Positions 1 through 12,313 of a stretch of 64,000 nt of DNA are shown piece after piece. The stretch lies in contig NC_043023.1 in the NCBI RefSeq assembly GCF_006345805.1, forward strand, positions 3,286,001 through 3,350,000. The letters are read 5' to 3'. The DNA comes from Octopus sinensis (lineage: Eukaryota). A model generated the notes under the pieces. That model made no database searches, was not told where the DNA came from, and saw only the letters and a list, made by a program, of their open reading frames with translations. The position numbers and the translations under genes were made by a program. The first letter of the stretch is position 1; each line of letters begins with the position of its first letter.

Positions 1-345
1 CTGGCATCTGCCATGTATGGATGGTGCATTTTACATGCCACCGGCACAGGTATTGCCACTACAATCCCCATTTGATTTTTGATACTGATCTACTTGACTC
101 AATGGGTCTCCTCAAGCACAGCAGGTCACCCTACGATCCAAGGTAAGCACAGCAGGCCGTCCTGCGATCCAAGGCACTTTTGAAGGGCTGGGGCTTCTAT
201 GTGAAGCTGGTGCAGGAAACAACCATGAACTCACATTATTTGTCGGGTCTTCGCAGTCATAGCATATCTCCAGAAGTCTCGGTCTTCCGTTATTGCCTCT
301 GTGAGAATCCGGAAATTTTTCGTCACACACCTGAGACCTCTTCAG
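1..345 (-). mobile_element. 3' end of an RTE-clade LINE (C-terminus plus 3' UTR)
   Basis: Reverse strand reads ...LTEAITEDRDFWRYAMTAKTR, like the end of the RTE ORF at about 23240-23300, followed by similar UTR motifs. Confidence 0.7.
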
Positions 346-704
346 TGACTGTTGCCTTCTTACTCCATTTCTTTGCTTTCCAAATATGAAATTGTTGATC
401 TCTTTGCAGTTTTAGACGATTTTTCTTTATTTTCAGCTGTGTGTACTATGTTGAATCCACAAGAAGCAAAAGTGAGGAAAATTCCTGTTTTCTTCATTAC
501 TTCATCATATCAAAAGAATTCAGGAGCATCGGATTGTGGAGGTACGACTCAATGAACAAATCTTTATATATAAAAGTAAGGTTGTGTGTCTGTCTTCTAC
601 GATTTAGATTCCTAACTACTCCCACATTTTGCGGTGCAGTGTAACCAAAAGCGGGTATCTTATAGTCGTGATTCATATCGAGCCCTTCTGGGTATTAGCA
701 CGTA

Positions 705-1185
705 TCTATGATGAGTCTACGATTTAAAAAAAAATTTATCATCATTTTATTCCATTTTAATGCATTTTTTCGCCATTATATAAGGGAAGTAACTCTCTAA
801 AAATGTCTACGATGAGTCTACGATTTAAAAAAAAATTTACTATCATTTTTTTCCATTTCAATGCATTTTTTTCGCTATTATATAAGGGAAGTAACTCTCT
901 AAAAATGTCTAAGATTAGTCAACGATTAAAAAAACATTTACCATCAATTTTTTCCATTTTAATGCATTTTTTCGCTATTATATAAGGGAAGTAACTCTCT
1001 AAAAATGTCTACGATGAGTCTACGATTTAAAAAAAAAATTACCATCATTTTTTTCCATTTAAATGCATTTTTTTCGCTATTATATAAGGGAAGTAACTCT
1101 CTAAAAATGTCTACGATGAGTCAACGATTAAAAAAGAAATTTACCATCATTTTTTTTCCATTTTTAATGCATTTTTTTGCTATTC
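705..1185. repeat. Tandem repeat, about 101-102 bp unit, about 4.7 copies
   Basis: ATGAGTC(T/A)ACGATT-like motif recurs at about 711, 812, 914, 1014 and 1116. Confidence 0.9.
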
Positions 1186-1604
1186 TTTGGCTATAACTCT
1201 CCAAAAATGCTTCTATAGTTATTTCCCTTACAAACCCAAGCAACGCCAGGCGATACTGCTAGTTATTGATAAAGCTCTTCCAGTAAATCGCAATGTGCCA
1301 CCAAAATATTGCAAGTGTGTTTTTCTTTTCAGCTCCTTCAGTTTTGTTCCATTTGATTTCAAATTTAGTGTATCAATGTAGTTTTGTCTGTTAATTATAT
1401 AAATGAAATTATTTGTTGTCATAAATTGATAAACAGACAGTTAATAGCTATAAAATTTTTTCAATTCTCAGTTATTTTAGCCAAAAGATGTAGCAGAATT
1501 TTGAAAAGACTCTGTTAAACCAATGACAATGATGATGATATATAAAAAATATGGATATAAATTCTTTAAAATCCAACTATGCCAATGCAGTCAGTAAAAG
1601 TTTT

Positions 1605-1765
1605 CTAACAGGGCTGCTGAACAGAATAATTTCCCTTCTTGAAATATTTGTAGCCGAAGAAAGGGAGTCCGAGAAGGATTGCAGCAAGGATGAATGAGCA
1701 AAAAATGATTCCGACAATCTCAAGTGCACTGAAGGTTCTTGATCCATCAGCTTCAGTTTTCGGAT
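1605..1765 (-). CDS. Terminal TM plus cytoplasmic-tail exon of the unnamed Ig-like type I membrane protein
   Basis: Acceptor ttcatcaattgcag|, phase 1. Encodes (D)PKTEADGSRTFSALEIVGIIFCSFILAAILLGLPFFGYKYFKKGNYSVQQPC*: a hydrophobic helix followed by basic residues. Phase matches the Ig-like exon donors. Confidence 0.72.
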
Positions 1766-1851
1766 CTGCAATTGATGAACAATAAAATATACAGCTACAT
1801 TTATATATTTGTTTTACAAGAATTTTGATGTGAAATCGTGTATTGAAACAG

Positions 1852-2138
1852 ATATTGTTGTATCTAGGAATGGTCATTTTGCCAGTTTAGCCAATAAAAA
1901 ATAGAGATACAAAATACAAAATGGCTGACCGTTGCTAAGGAGAGACACACAAATAAGAAAGAAGAAAGCAAAGGACCACTGATGAGGTCACAGGAGTGTG
2001 ACGAAAAAACTCTGGCTGAAATAAGATTAAGATTAATGTATAAAATAAATAACACTGAAGCAAAATAACACCAAATATATAGTGCGTGTGTTTTTATTGG
2101 CTAAACAGGCAAAATGACCATTCCTAAATACAAAAATA
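1852..2138. mobile_element. Small element bounded by about 48-bp inverted repeats
   Basis: atattgttgtatctaggaatggtcattttgccagtttagccaataaaaa is the near reverse complement of tttttattggctaaacaggcaaaatgaccattcctaaatacaaaaatat. Confidence 0.6.
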
Positions 2139-2369
2139 TATAGCCTTTGTTTTTAATAAAAAATAGTAATATCTCCCAAGCTTGACCATTTTCATATTAA
2201 CCTATTAAAAAATACTTTCGTTTCTATTATACAAATTCCAATTTAAAGTGATCTAAAGGAAAAGTCCCCATCAAAATTTCCAGTAACACTATGTTGCACA
2301 CATTAGCTTGGTAATGACAAGGTTGTTTTACTAAAATCTTCATAATTTTCAAAATTTATTCATAAGGTC

Positions 2370-2712
2370 GGTCGGTCAGAACCCCCTTCGGTCACAACAC
2401 AGACCATGGGATTGCACCTAGAAAGTTACCTTCCTAGTCGCAAGTCTGGGCAAGGCTGTTTATGGAAGACCAGCAGTCGCCCATGCATACCAGCCTCTCC
2501 TCTCCACACCACTGATGTTATCCAAGGGAAAGGCAAAGGGGCCGATACAGCTTGGCACCCGTGACGTTGCAACTCATTTCTACAGCTGAGTGAATTGGAG
2601 CAACGTGGAATAATGTGTCTTGCTCAAGGACACAACATGCAGCCTGGTCCGGGATTCAAGCTCACAACCTCACGATCGTAAGCTTGATGCTCTAACCGCT
2701 GAGCCATGCACC
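2370..2712 (-). mobile_element. tRNA-derived SINE
   Basis: Minus-strand head gcatggctcagcggttagagc...ttgaatccc with A/B-box-like motifs, then gtgtccttgagcaagacac, a motif common in SINE bodies. Confidence 0.6.
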
Positions 2713-2815
2713 TTCATACAAAAGCAATGTATTTCAACAGAAATATGGTAAGGAATAGGTTAACACAAACCAGTATCCGAGAGGAGTATATTTAAAAGAT
2801 TAGCTAATCCCCTTC

Positions 2816-3357
2816 AGATCAGTTCATCATTTAGAAGGGTTATATAGGATATGCAAAGTGGATTGACTTTCTTATTCTAGCACAGAAATGCAAGGTCAAC
2901 AGATCAGTCTATGATTTAGAAGGGTTATATAGGATATGCAAAGGGGATTGACTTTCTTATTCTAGCACAGAAATGCAAGGTCAACAGATCAGTCTATGAT
3001 TTAGAAGGGTTATATAGGATATGCAAAGGGGTTTGACTTTCTTATTCTAGCACAGAAATGCAAGGTCAACAGATCAGTCTATGATTTAGAAGGGTTATAT
3101 AGGATATGCAAAAGGGATTGACTTTCTTATTCTAGCACAGAAATGCAAGGTCAACAGATCAGTCCATGCTTTAGAAGGGTTATATAGGATATGCAAAGGG
3201 GATTGACTTTGTTATTCTAGCACAGAAATGCAAGGTCAACAGATCAGTCCATGATTTAGAAGGGTTATATAGGATATGCAAAGGGGATTGACTTTCTTAT
3301 TCTAGCACAGAAATGCAAGGTCAACAGATCAGTCCATGATTTAGAAGGGTTATATAG
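2816..3357. repeat. Minisatellite, 85-bp unit, about 6.3 copies
   Basis: ttagaagggtt recurs at 2831, 2916, 3001, 3086, 3171, 3256 and 3341. Confidence 0.95.
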
Positions 3358-3701
3358 CAAAAGCAAACACAGGGCTTCTGTCAAATTTTGCCATTAAAAA
3401 TATTTTTCTCTTCAAATTCAACCTTCATGATTAACTGGAAAATGTCACTCATTTCTATAACAATTAAATAGTACAATTGACAGATAATCCTAGGTAATGA
3501 AACTAACTAATCCATTCCTCGAACTATAAAAATATCCCGCCATGGGTTGTTATAAAGACTTATCAATTCAAAACAGAAAAGAAAAACTAAGACAGAAGTA
3601 AACCTTGAAATTGTCAAGTTACAAACTTTGAATTTGTGTAAATATTATGAAAATATTCGTGCAGCTGTTGTTGTTGTTACCATTATTATTATTATTATTC
3701 A

Positions 3702-3985
3702 GTAGTTTTATTTTTATCGCGTGCTTTCACTTCACTACTGAGCGCAGCTCTGTGTGCCTTAGGTATCTGCTGTGATTTGTTGTTATGCTCTGATGGTTAT
3801 TGTATGGAAAGTGTTCTGCGTAGGATGTGTGCAGTGCCTAGTAGTGCAATTTTCTGTATGTTATATGTGTTTGTAAGTCCTGGTGTTTTTGCTATGTATT
3901 TGTCTGAATATTTTTTTATCATGCCTAATGCAACTACTATGATAGGAATTGTTTCTGTTTTCAGATTCCACATTCTGGTTACCTC
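3702..3985 (-). mobile_element. 5'-truncated R4/Dong-like non-LTR retrotransposon inserted in (TAA)n
   Basis: Encodes EVTRMWNLKTETIPIIVVALGMIKK...IQKIALLGTAHILRRTLSIQ*, resembling the C-terminus of R4-clade elements. Flanked by (ATT)n on both sides. Confidence 0.7.
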
Positions 3986-4034
3986 TATTTTATTATTATT
4001 ATTATTATAATTATTATCATCATCATTATCATTA

Positions 4035-4595
4035 TTGAGTGAGCGAGCAGAGCATGCCATCAAAGTGACACTGGGGTAAAATATACGAAGCCCAGTATAC
4101 CCATCATGACTACCCGTCTGATAAGGGTACACCAGGCACATGCATCACAACCATATGAGCACAACATGGTGATCTCATATCAAGATAAACAGCACATGAC
4201 CTTGCAGGTGGGACCCAGTTAGAATTTTCTTCTGGTCGAGTAACCCATCCCACTCAAAAGGTCCCTGAATAAGGATTGTTTAAGGATGTTGAACGAAACA
4301 CCCATGTTTCCAAAGGTGAATTATCCAAGCCTCCAAGAATTCCTTTCAACACACGGCTATGATGCTCCCCACTACTTCTGCTCATGATCAGAGATGCACA
4401 TATCGTCAGCCACCAAGGGACATGCTCAACTGCTTAAGGTAAAAAAAACTGACAAGCAAATCTCTGGTTTTGAGCAGAATATTTGCTGTAGCCTATCTTT
4501 TATACCAAGACAAAATAATGTACATGATAACACTTCCAGTCAGTTAAGATCAGAAGCCATGAGAACCACTGCCTGGTACTGCATCAGGGCATTTA
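4035..4595 (-). mobile_element. Probable non-autonomous interspersed repeat (SINE-like) flanked by (ATT)n
   Basis: About 560-bp higher-GC block bounded by ATT/ATC microsatellites, with no coding potential. Confidence 0.4.
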
Positions 4596-5059
4596 TTATT
4601 ATTATTATTATTAATTAGGAGGGCAGAGAGGTGGCTGAATTGTTAGCATGCCAGACAAAATGCTTAGCAACATTTTGTCCATCTTTATGTTCTGAGTTCA
4701 AAATCTGCCAAAGTCTACTCTACCTTTCATCCTGCCAGGGACAATAGAATAATTATTAGTTGAGCACTGGGGTCGATGTAATCAACTTACCCTCTCCCAG
4801 CTAAAATTGCTGGCTTTGTGCCAAAATTTGAAACCATTGCTGAACCATTGGCATGCCAGGCAAAATGCTTGGCAGCATTTGATACCTGTTTACATTCTGC
4901 GCTCAAATTTCTCTGAGGTCAACTTAGCCTTTCACCCTTTACAGGTCAATGAAGTAAGTACTAGTTGGGCATTGGGGGTCGATGTAATAAGCCCCACCCC
5001 TGAAATTACTAGCATTGTGCCAAAATCTGCAAATTTACTCTTTTGATTATAACCCGGCT

Positions 5060-5715
5060 CTTTAGTACAACCTGGCTCTTTAGTACAAATATTTGGTTTT
5101 CATAAGTTTTGAATTAAAATCTTCCACCAAACCTTAGTCACAATTTATGTTCCTAACACTAGCTTAATGATAACTAAGTTATTTTACTAAACTCTTTGTT
5201 ATATTTAACCCTTTTGATACCAACCTGGCTGAAACTGCTTCTGGCTCTGTAATACAAATGTCTTGTTTTCATAAGTTTTGAATTAAAATCTTCCACCAAA
5301 CCATAGTCACAATTTATGTTCCTAACACTAGCTTAATGATAACTAAGTTATTTTACTAAATCCTTTGTTATATTTAACCTTTTGATACCAACCTGGCTGA
5401 AACCACCTCTGGCTCTGAGTACAAATGTCTTGTTTTCCTAAGTTTTGAATTAAAATCTTCCACCAAACGTTAGTCACAATTTATGTTCCTAACACTAGCT
5501 AAATTATAACCAAGCTATTTTACTAAATTCTTTGTTATATTTAACCCTTTTGATACCAACCCGGCTGAAACCACCTCTGGCTCTTTAGTACAAATATTTG
5601 GTTTTCAGAAGTTCTGAATTAAAATCTTCCACCAAACTTTAGTCACAATTTATGTTCCTAACATTAGCTTCAAGATAACAAAGTTATTTTACTAAATTCT
5701 TTATTATATTTAAAA
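5060..5715 (+). repeat. About 169-bp tandem units x4 of a TTAACCC-terminated (piggyBac-like) element
   Basis: Units carry ttaacccttttgataccaacc. The same family occurs inverted at 32995-33505. Confidence 0.7.
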
Positions 5716-6124
5716 TAATTGGAAGAAACACAGAGCAACTGAAAATAAATACAGTAACGAAAGGGTTAATATTATTTGAATGGTGGGGGAAAGTTGTGAA
5801 AACAGCAAGAGAGAATGATTCCACTTTAAGTGCCAAGCTGTGAGGGAGAGGGCACTTACCTTTGGTGTTCAAGGAGATGATTGGGTTCCTCGATTTTACA
5901 TAAGGGACCTCCTGTATTAGAAGGATCACATCAATATCATCTATTTTTTCTTCTACTGGTGTTTAATTTGTATACGTCCCTTCTTTATTTATTGTTAACC
6001 ATGTATACTTTCAATTTTTTTAATCCTTTCATATATATAAACCCCCCACACATACACCTTAAGTCTATCTTGGTATTGACCTCCTTATCCTTTGCCCTTG
6101 TGGCAATTAAAAGAAATCATTATT

Positions 6125-6530
6125 GAGAGGCTGTGTGGTAAGTAGCTTCCTTACAAACCACATGGTTCCGGGTTCATTCCCACTGCGTGACACCTTGGGC
6201 AAGTGTCTTCTACTATAGCTTCGGGCTGACCAAAGCCTTGTGAGTTGAATTGGTAGACGGAAACTGAAAGAAGCCCAACGTATATATGTATATATATATA
6301 TATATGTGTGTGTATATGTTTGTGTGTCTGTGTTTGTCCCCCCAACATCGCTTGACAACTGCTGGTGGTGTGTTTACGTCCCTGTAACTTAGCAGTTCGG
6401 CATAAGAGACCGATAGAATAAGTACTAGGCTTCCAAGGAATAAGTCCTGGGGCTGATTTGCTTGACTAAAGGTGGTGCTCCAGCATGGCCGTAGTCAAAT
6501 GACTGAAAGAAGTAAAAGAGTAAAAGAGTA
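6125..6530 (+). mobile_element. tRNA-derived SINE, full length
   Basis: Head ggctgtgtggtaagtagc...gggttcattccc, central (TA)/(TG)n, tail gtaaaagag repeats. Many copies in the window (e.g. 12865-13290, 39335-39720, 46830-47240 reverse). Confidence 0.85.
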
Positions 6531-7075
6531 ACTATCAGCTGAGTCCATTGTGAAGATGGCCCCTCTACTTTCCTTCAACCAGGAAAGGCAACCAGTTTTT
6601 TATATGCTTGAGGCCCAGGGCAAAGGGGAACATATAGTAGACATTGCTGAAAGGGCTAAAGACCAGCAGTTGTCTTTTTGTCAAAACCTTAATAATCTTT
6701 TACAGGTTTCACTTAAAGAGGAAAATCAGGATGGAGAGGTAAGTGCTGCCTTCCAATCAGTTTGTTGAAAGGTGGGTGATAGAGGTGAGCATTACCTGCG
6801 TGAATGGGCCTTCTCTCAGGGTGTACCTGTATATTGGAGAGAAAAGACTAGGAGAGGGCATCCACCCTGGTGGTCAGGGAGACCATGGATTTTGTGGGTT
6901 TTCTTTACATGTAGCCCTTGAAAGTCCCTCCACTCTCAGGGGTTTTACTTTGACTTTGTTTCATTCATTGTATGACTTTTTACATGCTAAAACCCACACT
7001 GGACCCTCCCGAATGTTTTCCTTTGTGTTCGCCCTCTGAGGTTAATAAAGAAATTATTATAAATCATTTCCTTAC

Positions 7076-7324
7076 CTTTTATCTTCAAATGAATGTCAGC
7101 AGCATTTTGGTTGTCATCATCAAATTCCCAAGTCAAACAATTCTTAGTTACGTCTTTGATAAAAAGAGTCGAAGTATTTTCAACATGTGCCACTTTATAG
7201 TAAGGGCCATCAGCGCATGTCCTGTCACATTCATATTTATAATTGTTGCACTTCCAAAACACCGGTCGTTTCATATTTGGTAATGTTATCGTCATTGTGA
7301 CGTTTCCATTGTTCACAGCAATTC
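7076..7324 (-). CDS. Ig-like ectodomain exon, copy A (249 nt, phase 1-1)
   Basis: Acceptor ttctttatttcag|, donor AAAG|gtaagg, open for 83 codons: GIAVNNGNVTMTITLPNMKRPVFWKCNNYKYECDRTCADGPYYKVAHVENTSTLFIKDVTKNCLTWEFDDDNQNAADIHLKIK. Ig fold is inferred from the strand pattern (PVxW; TLxIxDV). Confidence 0.8.
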
Positions 7325-7520
7325 CTGAAATAAAGAAATCGGTTAAGAAGTTTTCTTCACAATCATATGGTTCTGGGTTCAGTCTCACTGCACAGCACCT
7401 TGGGAAAGTGTCTTCTACTACAGCCTCAGCCTTGTGAGTGGATTTGGTAGATGGAAACTGAAAGAATCCTGTCGTGTATATGTATATACATATATGTATA
7501 TATATCTATAAAATAATATG

Positions 7521-8899
7521 TTACATTACTCAATAGTCAAGATAAAACTCTGAGTTTCAGATGCCGAAGTGGAAATCCACAACACCATCTCTTTGGTTAT
7601 CTGGCCAATTTAAAAACGCTATGGAAAAATACCGTTATATAAAGGGAAATTACTGTATTATAATTCTGCTCGCGAACCCACGTGCGTTCTTATACGTCAC
7701 TATGAAAACGTACACATCTTCACTCGCATTTTTCGCCAAATATATACGCATATATATACAACTTCATACACACACACATGTGTACCGTAAAAGTTCATAC
7801 ATACGTCTATATACGCACAAGCACAAGAAAAACCATGGTTAAAGATAACAGAAAAAAAACATAAGGAAGTATACAAAGCATAAAAACCACGTACATATAC
7901 GGATAAGCCCCTATGCACTCATACACACACACGCCCATATATGTACATACCCGCACATATTTATATACGCATACATACACACGCATATACAAAAATTGAA
8001 TATACATATCTCCACCCGCAAAAAAAAATTTTTTTAAATACTAAGTAAAAACGTCTATATATATATATACGTGCATTCTTATGCCCGCATACACACACAT
8101 ATCTAAAACTGCCCACTTATACATATTCACACATGTGTAGAAATGAACCTATATACACGTCTATATAGGCACAGGAAAAAACGCAGGATAGAAATGTACA
8201 GAAAAAATTATTATGCGTGAAAATATAAAAAATATATGAAATAATAAAAGGTATAATGAGATGAAAACTTTTTGGGACATAATATAGAAAGCATGTTCTA
8301 TCTGTTTTCTTTAGGGGACCAAAAACCTAACAACACATGTATGCGGGCATAAGAATGCACGTATATATATATATAGACGTTTTTACTTAGTATTTAAAAT
8401 AATTTTTTGGGGGGTAGGGTGGGGACATATGTATATTCAATTTTTGTATATGCGTGTATAAATATGTGCGGGTATGTACATATATGGGCGTGTGTGTGTA
8501 TGAGTGCATAGGGGCTTATCCTTATATGTACGTGGTTTTTATGCTTTGTATACTTCCTTATGTTTTTTTTCTGTTATCTTTAACCATGGTTTTTCTTGTG
8601 TTTGTGCGTATATAGACGTATGTATGAACTTTTACGGTACACATGTGTGTGTGTATGAGGCTGTATATATATGCGTGTATATTTGGCGAAAAATGCGAGT
8701 GAAGAAGTGTATGTTTCCATAGTGATGTATAAGTACGCACGTGGGTTCGTGAGCAGAGTTATAACACAGTAATTTCCCTTTATTTAACGGTATTTTTTCA
8801 TAGCATTTTTAAATTGGCCAGATAACCAAAGAGATGGTGTTGTGGATTTCCACTTCGGCATCTGAAACTCAGTTTTATCTTGACTATTGAGTAATATAA
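7521..8899. mobile_element. Foldback element with about 570-bp inverted arms and about 235-bp spacer
   Basis: 7521-8100 is the near reverse complement of 8335-8899. Termini ttacattactcaatagtcaag / cttgactattgagtaatataa. Confidence 0.9.
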
Positions 8900-9264
8900 A
8901 ATATTACTTAATAGATAAATTTCCTCTATTTACATAATATTGAAGTCTCTTTCTTTCTTTTATAGTTATTTTCATTTTAATATTTCTATTATATGTAATT
9001 TTCTAGATGGTGTAATTTAATTGTTCATTTTGAATTGATAAAAGGTGGGGTTTTTTTTTATTTTTTGATATAAATATTATATTGTGTGAAATTTGATTTA
9101 GTATTTCTAAATTGAATTTTTTTTTCCCTGTTAGTTTGGATTTATATTCCCTCAAATAATAATTATATACATATATATATTAATTTCAGGGCATCACGGG
9201 CAAGTTATAAATATATAAACACACAAGAGATAAGCAAGGGACAAAATAACAAAATACTTAACAC

Positions 9265-9560
9265 CCAGTCATAATGTTGTAAGAGGCAGCTTCTGCCTGG
9301 TCGGAATCCATGCTGGGTATCAGTAAGCAAGTCATTTTCTTCATGGAACACGATTTGTTTCTTGCAGACTATTCAGTCTATGACTTTGCTGATGTGTGAG
9401 GTCAAAGAGATAGGCCTATAATTTTTAGCACCTGCCCTGCTTCCTCCTTTATGAATACAGCATATTATTCCTTCTTTCAGTTTGTCTGGGAGCTTACAAA
9501 TTAAAAGAAGCTGCAGTGGTTTTGCAAGGCCCAAATATCCTGCCATTTTTATGATTAAAC
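9265..9560 (-). mobile_element. Degenerate LINE reverse-transcriptase fragment
   Basis: Reads KPLQLLL...EGIICCIHKGGSRAGAKNYRPISLTSHISKVID*...TDTQHGFRPGRSCL, which are N-terminal motifs of non-LTR RTs. Confidence 0.8.
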
Positions 9561-10878
9561 TGGCCAGCTCTGGCCTCTCCCATCTAACCTACAATGTCAT
9601 TCCAAAAATTCATCATCGTATCATTGAAATCTCAAAGCTACGAGATATTCCATGATCAATTCAAACCAATGTGAATAAATAAGGATTACATTTCACTGAA
9701 TTATCTGAATGCTAAAGGGTCAATATTTTTGCTCTTGGAAATTAAAAGGGAAAATGTGCAATAGAGACCATCAAAAGAAATTAGACATCTTATTACACTT
9801 AGACTAACGAGTTTTAATTTAATGAGATTTATGTTTATTGGGACATGATTTCATCAGACATGGGTGTACGCCTGATTAAACCATGTCACTTTCCACTTAC
9901 ACCCACCCCACTTATTTTAACCTCTCAGCACCTGGTATAAAGCCACCACACTCACTGCTATGCTCTTCGGTCGGGGCTTTTTCCTTCCGCTTCCTTTGTC
10001 TTTAAAGTTACTTGGCGACCTACTAGTGTTGGTGGCAAGTAAAAATGCCTCCAACTACTCTGTAAAATGGTTGGCATTGAAAAGGAGGAATGAATTCTGC
10101 ATGAAACATCATCATCATCGTTTAACATCCATTTTCCATGCTAGCATGGGTTGGACGGTTCGACCGGGATCTGGGAAGCCAGGAGGCTGCACCAAGCTCC
10201 AGTATGATCTGGCAGAGTTTCTACAGCTGGATGCCCTTCCTAAACGCCAACCACTCCGTGAGTGTATTGGATGCTTTTTATGTGCCAGGGGAGGCTGGTA
10301 ACGGCCACGATCGGTTGGTGGTTTTTACGTGCCACCGACATGGACCCCAGTCAAGGCGGGGCTGGCATCAGCCACGTACAGATGGTGCTTTTTACTTGCC
10401 ACCGGCACAGGTGCCATGACTGATGATGACAAACATCATAACCACAATCCGATTCAGAACGACTGTAATAATCGCAGCTACATGGTAACCAAATGAGTGG
10501 TGGTGCAATGAAGAAAAGCAGCCACTACATGTGGTAAAGTGGTGGGTGTTAGGACGGCCATGAAGCAATAGAAGCCTTGCCAATGCATGGAATGGAGTTC
10601 ACCACAATGCTGTGGTGTGTTGGATTCATAGCAAAATTGAAGGTGTCAGTCCTATATGGACCCCCACAAACCATCATGACCCTGGTCGAAAACCACTGTT
10701 GCAGTACATTCCCTGATGTGCATTTTTGGCTCTTTAGCCTTTCTCAATGGTCAAATTAAAAATTTAAAGAAATCAAAAATCAAAAGATTGGCTAAAAGTT
10801 ATGAGTTAAGGGAAAGAAATAGAAGACAGAATTGAAAAGGTAATGTCTTGGAGAGAAAGGGTTTGTTAATCCACTTAC

Positions 10879-10917
10879 CAATTTCGGTGATTTCCTTAGG
10901 ATACGTATTTGTCAAAC
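10879..10917 (-). CDS. 39-nt mini-exon 1, (C)LTNTYPKEITEI(G)
   Basis: Acceptor tttgtttccattttttacag|, donor G|gtaagt, phase 1-1. Joins the leader exon to Ig exon A in frame and avoids the TGA a direct junction would create. Confidence 0.78.
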
Positions 10918-12240
10918 CTGTAAAAAATGGAAACAAAAATGTTTGATTTTAAGATGATATAATTCAAAATAAGGTGAATAAAAGAACATTATATTTCACA
11001 GTAATCTGATTGCTAAAGGATTAAACCAGCCATATCTGTTTTATGTTTGAACTAGCCACATCCACCCTCTCACACCTACCCTACAATGTCAGTCTAAAAA
11101 TAAACAATCACATCAAAATGTCAAAACTACAAGATAATGAATGATTATTTCAAAAACCAGGAGGGAGGAAGTAGGTAGCTTAATGTGGGTGTGTTGACCC
11201 AAGGAGGGGTAAGAAGAGATAGCCAGATGAGGATGATGGAGGTGGGGTGATCAAGGTATTGAAAGAAGCAGAAGTGGAAAATTGGGAGATGAGCGGGAGG
11301 AGTGAGAGGAAAAGTATTTTCAAGGGTGGTCATTGTTGGGTATGACAATAGATGTTAATAGTTAGGGATGGTGGCACTATAGAACTAAGGGAAATTGGAA
11401 AGGTGGAAGATGGGAGAGGCGAGTATTAAAGGGAGAGAAAGGGTCCACTTACAGATGCTAGTAGTGTAACAAAGGGGAAATCTGAAAAATGAAGATGGGT
11501 TGGTGGCACATCAAAGTACAGAGGTATGTAGACATGTATGAGTAAATAGAGGGAGTTGGTAGCAACAGTAGGAGTAGGTAGTACTAAGTGGTTTGGTTCT
11601 ATTTGAAGAAGAAGATCAGATAAGAATTCAAAGTGTGAGGACGGGGTGGTTGTAAAGATGTATGTGCTGGGTAGCAGGAATGTGCAAAGGTAATCTTTAA
11701 AAATATTTAGAATGGGGGAGGTGGTAATAGTGGAAGTGATATGTTGTTAGTACAACAAAGTTGTAACTTAAGGTTAATCATAAAGAATTACATAGATTTG
11801 ACATAATAGGCAAACAAGGAATAGGTTCTGTGTTTACATGAGAGGATTACATCTGAAAATTTATTAAATAATTAGGGCTTGTGGTTTTGAAAGATAGTGG
11901 ATGATTCTCATACACAGTGCCAAGATTAGTGTTGTATGGGGTGGGCGGGTAGAATATAGGGAATGTTTTGGGACCTGAGGTTCTGTATATAATTTGTTAA
12001 TGAGGTAGATAATTTATAAGTTTAATTGTGGCGGAAAATCAAAAAATTTCCAAAATTTTCTTCCATAGAATGCATCATTTCTAAAGCTCTGCTAAAAACG
12101 AAATTGGAAAAATCCCAGTCCAAACAAAGAAAATCCACCTTATGTGAGTGACCTATTCTAGAACTCTGGGCACTCGAGTAAGTTTGCCTTAACAAAAATA
12201 ACTTGTGGAAAAAATAAAATAAAATAAAAATAAAACTTAC

Positions 12241-12313
12241 AGAAAAATGTTGCAAGCAAATAGCAGAACAAGGTCCAAACAGCCTTGATCTGGTGGGTGA
12301 GAGAGGTGAGCAT
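12241..12313 (-). CDS. Signal-peptide exon, (MLTSLTHQ)IKAVWTLFCYLLATFF
   Basis: Donor T|gtaagt, phase 1, with a hydrophobic h-region. The part above about 12291 comes from the duplicated intron, so the ATG at 12313 is junction-derived and uncertain. Confidence 0.6.

Noticed and set aside
437-541. Possible plus-strand exon (tttcag|...|gtacga) AVCTMLNPQEAKVRKIPVFF...
   Set aside because: No partner exons or recognisable homology, and the donor is weak.
1577-1765. Alternative open frame of the TM exon (IRKLKLMDQEPS...)
   Set aside because: It needs phase 0, which conflicts with the phase-1 ectodomain donors. The other frame gives a textbook TM helix.
9497-9546. Apparent signal-peptide exon MAGYLGLAKPLQLLLI with a GTAAG donor (minus)
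   Set aside because: It is colinear with the LINE RT fragment (KPLQLL...NYRPISLTS), and splicing it to the ectodomain exon gives TGA.
11100-12230. Purine-rich part of the array unit with recurring ORFs (...WLSLLTPPWVNTP..., MMHFMEENFG...)
   Set aside because: Frames are broken by stops and indels between copies and lack splice support. It may be an old LINE remnant but I cannot assign it.
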